The notes under the pieces are model-generated. The model was not told where the DNA came from. It searched no databases and was given only the letters and a program-made list of their open reading frames with translations. Of a DNA stretch of 64,000 nt, positions 56,560 through 64,000 are shown one piece after another; the stretch's first letter is position 1, and each line of letters opens with the position of its first letter. The stretch is taken from positions 8,045 through 72,044 of the forward strand of contig JAFUDQ010000028.1 of assembly GCA_017459075.1 (NCBI GenBank), in the 5' to 3' direction. Source of the DNA: Bacteroidales bacterium (lineage in GTDB: Bacteria > Bacteroidota > Bacteroidia > Bacteroidales > UBA932). The translations under genes were made by a program, and so were the position numbers.

Positions 56560-58917
56560 ATGAACAAGAAAACTGAAAATACATTCGCCGGTTGGGTGAA
56601 GAGGGGCGGCTGGTTCTGGCTCGCATACGGATTCGTGTTCGTATTCTTCCTGCTGCTCATGCTGGCGGTAGCTATTTTTGCCGATATACCCTCCGGAGAA
56701 GAGATAGAAAATCCCAAAAGAGTCCTTGTTACCCAGGTCCTGTCAGAGGATGGTGAGGTCCTCAGTACCTTCCAGGCCAAGGAAAACCGTATGCTTGTCC
56801 GGTACGATGAGATTTCGCCCAACGTGATTCACGCCGCTGTTGCAACGGAGGATGCGAGATTCTATGACCACTCGGGAATAGACTTCTCCGCCCTTGCCAG
56901 GGTCGCCTTCAAGACTGTGCTTATGTTCGACAGGAGCCAGGGCGGCGGCAGTACCATCACCCAGCAGGTCGCCAAGAACCTTTATAAGACAAGGGAAAAG
57001 ACTTCCGGCATCCTTGGGACGATATGGGCCAAGCTTTCCGAATGGGTAACCGCCATCAAGCTGGAAAAAGACTACACCAAGGATGAAATCATCACTATGT
57101 ACCTTAATACTGTGGAGTTCGGCAGTAATTCCCATGGTATAAAGGTAGCTGCAAGGACATACTTCGGCAAGGATCCTATCGACCTTAACATAGAAGAGAG
57201 CGCCCTCTTGGTTGGTATGGTTAATGCTCCTACCCGTTACAATCCTGTCCTTAATCCTGAAAAGTCGCTTCACAGGAGGAACACTGTAATCGGCAGGATG
57301 TATGATGCGGACTTCATTACAAAGGCGGAGAGGGATTCGCTCAGGGCCCTTCCAATCACCCTTCACTATCAGGTCCAGAACCAGAATTCAGGCCTGGCCC
57401 CTTATTTCAAGGACATGATTCGCAGCTACATGAGTGCCAGCGAGCCTGACCCTTCAAGGTACACTTACCGCGAGAATTATTCCCGCGACTCGCTTCGCTG
57501 GGCCGATGATGCCCTGTATGGCTGGCTTAACAAGAACCTGAAGCCTGACGGCAGCAAATACAGCCTTGGAAACGATGGACTCAGGATTTACACCACCATC
57601 AACTACAAGATGCAGAAGTACGCAGAAGAGGCTGTGGCTGAGCATCTTGGAAAAGACCTTCAGCCAAGTTTCTTACGCGACCTCCGCTGGAAGACAAACC
57701 GTCCTTTCTCCAATGACGTACCCAAGGAGACCATTGAAGGCATCATGAAGAGGGCCCGCCAGAACAGCGACCGCTATCGTGCCATGAAGAAGGGCGGAGC
57801 AGGGGAGAAGGAAATCCTCAGCAGTTTCAAGACTCCTGTCAAGATGCGTGTTTTCACATGGAAGAGCCCCGGCTACATAGACACAACCATGACGCCGGAT
57901 GATTCCATAAGGTATTACAAGTCTTTCCTCAGGGCGGCATTCATGGCCATCGAGCCTGTAACAGGTCATGTCAAGGCTTATGTCGGAGGCCCCAATTACC
58001 GCTATTTCAAATACGACAATATTCGTCAGGGTGAGCGCCAGGTAGGCTCTACAATCAAGCCTTTCCTGTACACTCTTGCCATGCAGGGCGGAATGACTCC
58101 CTGCTCGCAGACTGTCTGCATTCCGCAGACCTTCATTGTTGGCGATGATACCTGGACTCCGCGAAGCACAGATAAGGATGAGTGGATTGGTCGCACCGTT
58201 ACGCTGAAGTGGGGACTTACGCACTCCTCTAATAACATATCGGCCTACCTGATGAAGCAGTTTGGTCCTGAGGCGATGGTGGAAATGATGCGGCAGATGG
58301 GTATAAGCAGCCACATCGAACCTGTGCCTTCAATCTGCGTTGGTTCTCCTGACCTTTCAATTTCAGAGATGGTGGCCGCTTACAACACCTTCCCTTCACA
58401 GGGAATTTACACGGCTCCGCTGTATGTCACAAGGATAGAAGACAGCCAGGGCAACCTGCTTTCAGAGTTTACCAATCACAGCAAAGAGGCCATCAGCCGT
58501 GAAACCGCTTACCTTATGGAGAATCTGATGGAAGGCGTTGTAAACCACGGTACTGCGTACAGGCTTCGTGCAAAATACCAGCTCAAGGGCCAGATAGCCG
58601 GAAAGACCGGTACAACCAATGACAACTCCGACGGCTGGTTCATAGGATATACTCCTTCAATTACCGCCGGCGTCTGGGTGGGAGGTGAAGACCGTCAGAT
58701 TCACTTCCAGAGCCTTGCCCTTGGTGGCGGTTCCAACATGGCCCTCCCTATCTGGGGCCTCTTCATGCAAAAGTGCCTTAAGGACGGAACCCTCGGTATT
58801 TCAGAGGCCGATGTCTTTGTTAAGCCGTCCGGAATGGATATGGACCTTAGCTGCGACGGCAGTGACGATGATGCAGGGGCAGCATCGTCAAAGGGTGCGG
58901 AATATTATTTTGACTAA
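56560..58917 (+). CDS. Penicillin-binding protein 1A (bifunctional transglycosylase/transpeptidase)
   Basis: EDARFYDH, GGSTITQQ, GSTIKP, SNN, GKTGTT. Confidence 0.93.
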   Translation: MNKKTENTFAGWVKRGGWFWLAYGFVFVFFLLLMLAVAIFADIPSGEEIENPKRVLVTQVLSEDGEVLSTFQAKENRMLVRYDEISPNVIHAAVATEDARFYDHSGIDFSALARVAFKTVLMFDRSQGGGSTITQQVAKNLYKTREKTSGILGTIWAKLSEWVTAIKLEKDYTKDEIITMYLNTVEFGSNSHGIKVAARTYFGKDPIDLNIEESALLVGMVNAPTRYNPVLNPEKSLHRRNTVIGRMYDADFITKAERDSLRALPITLHYQVQNQNSGLAPYFKDMIRSYMSASEPDPSRYTYRENYSRDSLRWADDALYGWLNKNLKPDGSKYSLGNDGLRIYTTINYKMQKYAEEAVAEHLGKDLQPSFLRDLRWKTNRPFSNDVPKETIEGIMKRARQNSDRYRAMKKGGAGEKEILSSFKTPVKMRVFTWKSPGYIDTTMTPDDSIRYYKSFLRAAFMAIEPVTGHVKAYVGGPNYRYFKYDNIRQGERQVGSTIKPFLYTLAMQGGMTPCSQTVCIPQTFIVGDDTWTPRSTDKDEWIGRTVTLKWGLTHSSNNISAYLMKQFGPEAMVEMMRQMGISSHIEPVPSICVGSPDLSISEMVAAYNTFPSQGIYTAPLYVTRIEDSQGNLLSEFTNHSKEAISRETAYLMENLMEGVVNHGTAYRLRAKYQLKGQIAGKTGTTNDNSDGWFIGYTPSITAGVWVGGEDRQIHFQSLALGGGSNMALPIWGLFMQKCLKDGTLGISEADVFVKPSGMDMDLSCDGSDDDAGAASSKGAEYYFD

Positions 58918-58932
58918 AATTTTTTGACAAAT

Positions 58933-59946
58933 ATGAAATATCAGAATATAGCTGTCATTTACGGAAGCGACTCTTCCGAGTGGGAAGTTTCCTGCAGGAG
59001 CGGGGAATTCACAGCCTCCAGGATTGATGATTCCAAGTACAGTATCTATGAGATTTTTGCCCGTTTCGGCAAATGGTATCTGGTGTCTTTCCGCAAGAGG
59101 GGAGCAATGCGTATCAAATTCCCGGAGGAGGCCCGTCCGGAGGTTAACAAGAACGACTTTTCCGTTAATATTTACGGAGAACATATCAAATTTGATTTTG
59201 CCTTCATAATGCAGCACGGAACTCCTGGAGAAAACGGTTTGCTTCAGGGATACCTTGAGATGCTCGGCGTCCCGTTCAGCAGCTGCCGCTCCTTCGTTGC
59301 TGCCGTTACTTTTGACAAGTATTCCTGCAAGAGTTACCTTCGTGATGTGGATTTTGTTAGGTTGGCTCCGGATATGCTTATACGCAAAGGTGCTGATGTT
59401 GAGGCGTTTACAGAGGCCGTCGGCAAAAAGCTTGGCTGGCCGGTATTTGTAAAACCTACCAGCGGAGGCTCCAGCTTCGGCGTTACCAAGGTTCATTCGG
59501 CTGCAAAGATGCCTCAGGCCCTGTCCTGTGCCTTCATGGAGGGTGCTGCCGTGATAGTGGAGAAGGCTATCGAAGGCCGTGAATTCACTTGCGCCGCATA
59601 TTATGATGGCAAGGATGTAAAGGCCCTGCCTGTCATAGAAATCGTCACAAGGAATGAGTATTTTGACTATGATGCAAAGTACAACGGAAGCAGCGAGGAA
59701 ATCTGTCCTGCAAAGATAGATGACGCCCTGGCTTCAAGTATCAAGGATGTCACCTGCAAGATTTACAAGCATCTTGGCTGCGCCGGCGTTGTCCGTGCAG
59801 ATTATATTTTGGGAGAGGATGGTCTCTATTTCCTTGAGGTAAACACAATCCCCGGAATGACAAACGCCTCTCTTGTTCCTAAAATGGTAAGGGCTGCCGG
59901 CCTTGATATGACTGACTTCCTTACAGACCTTATTGAAAGCGTCTGA
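58933..59946 (+). CDS. ddl: D-alanine--D-alanine ligase
   Basis: HGTPGENG, FVKP..GGSSFG, FDYDAKY, LEVNTIPGMT. Confidence 0.95.
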   Translation: MKYQNIAVIYGSDSSEWEVSCRSGEFTASRIDDSKYSIYEIFARFGKWYLVSFRKRGAMRIKFPEEARPEVNKNDFSVNIYGEHIKFDFAFIMQHGTPGENGLLQGYLEMLGVPFSSCRSFVAAVTFDKYSCKSYLRDVDFVRLAPDMLIRKGADVEAFTEAVGKKLGWPVFVKPTSGGSSFGVTKVHSAAKMPQALSCAFMEGAAVIVEKAIEGREFTCAAYYDGKDVKALPVIEIVTRNEYFDYDAKYNGSSEEICPAKIDDALASSIKDVTCKIYKHLGCAGVVRADYILGEDGLYFLEVNTIPGMTNASLVPKMVRAAGLDMTDFLTDLIESV

Positions 59947-59947
59947 A

Positions 59948-60844
59948 ATGCTGCTGACAGATTTCATAAAAAGGGGTACGGCAAGTCTTGAAGTGCTGTA
60001 TCCTACAAAAGAAGCTCATAATATTGTGCTGATTCTCTGTTCCAATGTGCTTGGGACAAAGAATTATACGCATATTGTGGAGCCGGAGTTCGTAGTGCCG
60101 GAGGCCCGTATCCCGGAGCTGGAAGCCAAGCTAAGTCGCCTCACCGGAGGTGAGCCCATACAGTATGTTGTAGGCTATACAGAGTTCTGTGGCTACGAAT
60201 TTAAGGTTACGCCGGATGTGCTTATTCCGCGCCCTGAGACGGAACTCCTGGTTCGCGAGGCGGTAAAAATCGCTTCTCGCATCCAGAGAATGCGTCTGGC
60301 CTATGGCAAGAAGGCCAAGCCTGTCAGGATACTTGATCTTTGCACGGGTTCGGGATGCATCGCCTGGTCTGTGGCTTTGTCTCTTCCCGGCGTAGAGGTG
60401 ATTGGTCTTGATATCTCCGAGGCCGCGCTGGAGGTTGCAAAAAGCCAGGATTTCAGCGCCCTTCTTAAAAGCAGCGGTGCCATTGCCCCGCAGTTTATAA
60501 AGGGCGATATCCTTCAGGAGCCGGCCATCCAGGGTAAGTTTGATCTTATCCTCAGCAATCCTCCGTATATCATGGAGAAGGAAAAATCCCTTCTGCGCAA
60601 GAATGTGAGGGATTTTGAGCCCGAGTCCGCCCTCTTTGTCCCGGATGACGATCCCCTTGTTTTTTACAGGGCTATCGCTCATTGGAGCACCCTTCTTATG
60701 GAGGACCAGGGAATTGGTTTAACTGAGATAAATGACTGTCTTGGCCCGGAAACAAAACACGTTTTTTCCGGCTCTGGCTTCACTGAGGTTGAGGCTGTGA
60801 AAGACTTTTATGAAAAAAGCCGTTTTGTTTTTTACAAAAAATAA
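59948..60844 (+). CDS. prmC: Release factor glutamine methyltransferase
   Basis: EPIQY, LIPRPETE, LDLCTGSGCIA, SNPPY, EPESAL. Confidence 0.95.
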   Translation: MLLTDFIKRGTASLEVLYPTKEAHNIVLILCSNVLGTKNYTHIVEPEFVVPEARIPELEAKLSRLTGGEPIQYVVGYTEFCGYEFKVTPDVLIPRPETELLVREAVKIASRIQRMRLAYGKKAKPVRILDLCTGSGCIAWSVALSLPGVEVIGLDISEAALEVAKSQDFSALLKSSGAIAPQFIKGDILQEPAIQGKFDLILSNPPYIMEKEKSLLRKNVRDFEPESALFVPDDDPLVFYRAIAHWSTLLMEDQGIGLTEINDCLGPETKHVFSGSGFTEVEAVKDFYEKSRFVFYKK

Positions 60845-60878
60845 GCTTTCATAGCGTTCCAAGGCCGATTTTTCAAAT

Positions 60879-60910
60879 AAGCGTTTACTTTTTTGAGTAA
60901 ACGCTTTTTT
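60879..60910 (+). terminator. Intrinsic terminator after prmC
   Basis: AAGCGTTTACT-tttttg-AGTAAACGCTT-TTTT. Confidence 0.7.
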
Positions 60911-60957
60911 GTTTGTCTTTTTGCAGAAAAGTTATTGACAACCAAATGCTAAAAGAC

Positions 60958-62172
60958 ATGAAACACTATTTTTTATTCCTGACCTTCACACTTTTTCTTG
61001 CCTGTGAAAGAATTGACCATACCGGTCAAAACCCTGATGTAGCCAACCAGAGTCGTGTTGCTCCGCAAGAAGTAGCACGAATGCTTTCTTCCCTTCCTCT
61101 TGGAGACGAGCAGCTCCGGGAGGTATATGATGCCGTATGTGCCTCTTCCGGCAACGGGTATGACGAGGAGTATACACTTCAGGACCTGTTCACCGTGCCA
61201 GGCGCCGGTGTCGGAGACAAAGCCACAAAAGCGGCTAAGCGAAATTACAAAATACCTTTGAAGGATATGATTGCCAATTATTTAAGTTCAACCAAAGCTG
61301 GGGGAGAGCTTTTTTCCGTCAAGGATTTGGAAGAATCCGGTTTGCAGCTGTATTGGCCCTGGTACGACAAATGGGATGGTTCCTCATATCCTGCCATCAC
61401 TTTTGACCCGGGAGACGGTTCCAAGTCCAATACGGCTTTTCAGCTCTCGAAGAACGAAGATGGCAGCATCGGCGTAAAAGAAATCGTTGTTACAGAGGAT
61501 TATGCCTCTGCGAATCCGGTTTGGGTAGTCAATACCAATGACGATGCTGCCTATACTTCGATTGAGCTTCTGAGGAGGGAGGCGGATTCCGGCGGCGGTG
61601 CAATTGTAATTGGAAAGAAGGGTGCTTCGGTAAGTGCTTTGCCGGAGAATACAAAGTCTTCCGGAGATAGTATCAAGACCTTGGTTATCAAGGACTTCAC
61701 TATGATGAGGAATTATGATTCCTGGCTTTGTGGCGGCTCGGAGTTCTTTATTAAATGCGCTTCGGTTGAGAATTTTACGGCTGTGACGGAGGCGGAAATG
61801 AGGCTGTACAATCCTTCTGTGACTGATTTTATGATTTGTGTCCAGAGGAAGGATGTGGGCGTTAAGCAGGAAATCAATGCTATTCTTGTTGACGACTGGA
61901 GGCATTATATGCTGGAGGGAGAGGAGTATGGCCTGGAGCGCTGCGCTTTCCTTGTGATTGAAGATGATGGCGGAACGTGGACGGAGTGGGCGATAGAGGC
62001 TGAGGTGAAACTCAAGAGCAAGACTTATGGACTTAAACTGTCTATTCCGCTTCGTTCCAACGACGATATCGTTTGGCGCGGCACCCTGTCAGAAAACTAT
62101 TTCACCAAATATGCCGGCGAAAGAGGCCGCTTCGGCGACGTCGAAATCACCTTCGACATGCTCACCCGATGA
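60958..62172 (+). CDS. Uncharacterised lipoprotein (possibly DUF3103-like)
   Basis: Lipobox FLAC; YDSWLCGGSEFF and IEDDGG motifs. Confidence 0.55.
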   Translation: MKHYFLFLTFTLFLACERIDHTGQNPDVANQSRVAPQEVARMLSSLPLGDEQLREVYDAVCASSGNGYDEEYTLQDLFTVPGAGVGDKATKAAKRNYKIPLKDMIANYLSSTKAGGELFSVKDLEESGLQLYWPWYDKWDGSSYPAITFDPGDGSKSNTAFQLSKNEDGSIGVKEIVVTEDYASANPVWVVNTNDDAAYTSIELLRREADSGGGAIVIGKKGASVSALPENTKSSGDSIKTLVIKDFTMMRNYDSWLCGGSEFFIKCASVENFTAVTEAEMRLYNPSVTDFMICVQRKDVGVKQEINAILVDDWRHYMLEGEEYGLERCAFLVIEDDGGTWTEWAIEAEVKLKSKTYGLKLSIPLRSNDDIVWRGTLSENYFTKYAGERGRFGDVEITFDMLTR

Positions 62173-62815
62173 TGGAGGCGGCGGCGCAGAGGGCGTCGTA
62201 GAAGTCGGCACCGTAGATAGCGGTGAGGGGCTCGCGAAGGAACTGGTAAACCCGTACGCCCTCGCGGCGGCCACGCTCCACGGCATCGGCACAAATACTC
62301 CAGCGGTGGTAATTTAGAGCCTGTCCGCCACCCGGCATCCGGGTCACGCGGACAGGATAAAGCCAGCAGGAAGCCGGCTTGCGAAAAGCATACTTACCCT
62401 GGAAAAAGCACCTCTCCACCGCGCAAAGAACATTGCCATTTTCATACAGGCAGTAAGCGCAATCCTCCAGCCCGGGAGTACCCACGGTACCATCCGGACT
62501 CCCCGGAATCGTGGTAAGCCCCTCAACCTTATGCGGGCGGCGAACAACAGGAGTCACAATATCCCCCTCCCGGTCAATCTCAAAGAAACCGGAATGCTGG
62601 GCCGCCTCCCTTCCCTCGGGAGTCATCAGGGGAGAATATACCTCAAAATGCCTCTCAAGCTCCTCTGTTTCAGAATCCTGAAGCGGAGCGCCACCATCGC
62701 CAACAACACAGCAGCAGCCACGGCACTTCTCATAATCGCAACAGAAAAACTCTGTCACGACCTCCTCAGAAACAAGAATATCCCCTATCTGAATTATTGT
62801 TCCGTGCTCTGCCAT
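62162..62815 (-). CDS. DUF3109 family Cys-rich protein
   Basis: FCCDYEKCRGCCCVVGDGGAP, KPASCWLYPVR, YQFLREPL. Confidence 0.88.
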   Translation of the reverse strand: MAEHGTIIQIGDILVSEEVVTEFFCCDYEKCRGCCCVVGDGGAPLQDSETEELERHFEVYSPLMTPEGREAAQHSGFFEIDREGDIVTPVVRRPHKVEGLTTIPGSPDGTVGTPGLEDCAYCLYENGNVLCAVERCFFQGKYAFRKPASCWLYPVRVTRMPGGGQALNYHRWSICADAVERGRREGVRVYQFLREPLTAIYGADFYDALCAAASIIG

Positions 62816-64000
62816 AAAAAATACTCCTTGTAAAGTTGCAACAATCCGGTTGAATCCACCTGCTCATGACGCTCCGGAAGAACAGGCATTTCCGGCTCCG
62901 GCAGCTTCACCTCGTTAAGTACCAATGGTTTATACTTCTTCGGAATAACGATTACCGATGAACCTCCGCCCACCAGAGCCCTTATCTCTGCATCCACATC
63001 CTCCTTCCTGAGCCTGTCAGCCTTCTCCTTAAGGCCGGTAATGAAATCCCTTCCATAATTATATCTAAGCTCGAAAAGCCTAAGCATATACTCCGGGTCA
63101 CCGGACCAGGTGGTAATATCACCCACCCAGTAAGAACGTCCCATTGAGAAAGCCTCGGAGGAAATACCCTCCCTGGCAATTTTGTCCAAGGCTCTTTGAG
63201 CCGTGGCAAGAACAACCTGAACGGAATCCTCAGGAACCATGGATGCCGGCATGCTCCTGTAATCCTCGCGCGAAAGATGAAGCCTTGCAGTCAGTCTCTC
63301 ATCCGGGAACATCACCAAATCCCAAACAGCCTGGCAGTTCCATCCAAGCGGCACAACGGCCTTGTTCACGGCAGCCTCCATATTTTCTACAGCTATTCCA
63401 GCTGTCATAAACTCTGCCTGGCCAAAGGCTGTAGGCGTAGTGAAACCAAGCTCTATCCTGGCATCATCGGCAGCGGGCAAAGTCTTGACAGACAGCGTCT
63501 TGGAGAATTCAGCCTCGTTGCGGAAGCGGGGAGCGGTTGTTCTTCCGGAAGGGAAGCGTCCAAGGGAAGAAAGCATCGATTTCTTCACCGCAGCCTCGGA
63601 GACATCGCCCGTTATAATGAGTACGGAATTTCCCATATTTGAAAATTGACGGCTGAAATAAGTCTCTGATTTTACCGGAAGATTCTTCGGAAGGCCTATG
63701 TTCAGTTTCTCCTTCACATACCGGTTTTTAGGACATAACAAACTGTCCGTCAGGCTTTTAAGCCTGGAATCAGACCTCGCTTCCAGCATATGCTCGATAG
63801 CCTTGGAATGGCAGTATTTTGTGAAAGCCGCAGCATCCACGCTACGCTTTCCGGACACCGCAGCCAGCGCCTTCATAAGCAGCATCAGCTTATTGGAAGG
63901 AGCTGAGCCCCTGATACTCATATCATTAGGGGTTACTGACACATTCATTTCGATGCCGTTTGCCGCCAGCATATCCCGGAACCTTTGTCCGGACATGGAA
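62794..64000 (-). CDS. M16 (insulinase-like) peptidase family protein, C-terminal part (5' outside the window)
   Basis: NSVLIITGDV M16-C-like motif; open to the window edge; no HXXEH visible in this part. Confidence 0.55.
   Translation of the reverse strand, partial: SMSGQRFRDMLAANGIEMNVSVTPNDMSIRGSAPSNKLMLLMKALAAVSGKRSVDAAAFTKYCHSKAIEHMLEARSDSRLKSLTDSLLCPKNRYVKEKLNIGLPKNLPVKSETYFSRQFSNMGNSVLIITGDVSEAAVKKSMLSSLGRFPSGRTTAPRFRNEAEFSKTLSVKTLPAADDARIELGFTTPTAFGQAEFMTAGIAVENMEAAVNKAVVPLGWNCQAVWDLVMFPDERLTARLHLSREDYRSMPASMVPEDSVQVVLATAQRALDKIAREGISSEAFSMGRSYWVGDITTWSGDPEYMLRLFELRYNYGRDFITGLKEKADRLRKEDVDAEIRALVGGGSSVIVIPKKYKPLVLNEVKLPEPEMPVLPERHEQVDSTGLLQLYKEYFLWQSTEQ

Overview
Chromosomal segment of a Bacteroidales bacterium, inferred from the SusC/SusD locus, TAnnTTTG -7 promoter boxes and the fusA-rpsJ order. 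Housekeeping genes are fusA, rpsJ, two tRNAs, anmK, metX, pepP, nhaA, ahcY, fabG, mreBCD-mrdA-rodA, ispD, topA, PBP1A, ddl and prmC. Four accessory blocks are interleaved. (1) After a tRNA(CAT): a membrane AraC sensor, a 1281-aa zinc-ribbon/TM/HEXXH surface protein and a HipBST-type toxin-antitoxin module with three phased operators. (2) A REP-associated tyrosine transposase (RAYT-like) gene with four copies of a ~75-90 bp palindrome; two copies form an 85-bp direct repeat around an OMP/DUF4249/TonB-receptor cassette. (3) A comF gene invaded in frame by CGTC-type palindromic repeats that have expanded into a 21-bp tandem array. (4) An N-glycan-type polysaccharide utilisation locus (2x GH29, SusC, SusD, GH18, LamG proteins) whose SusC carries a C-terminal OmpA-like peptidoglycan-binding domain. 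All calls come from reading motifs by eye; no database searches were run.
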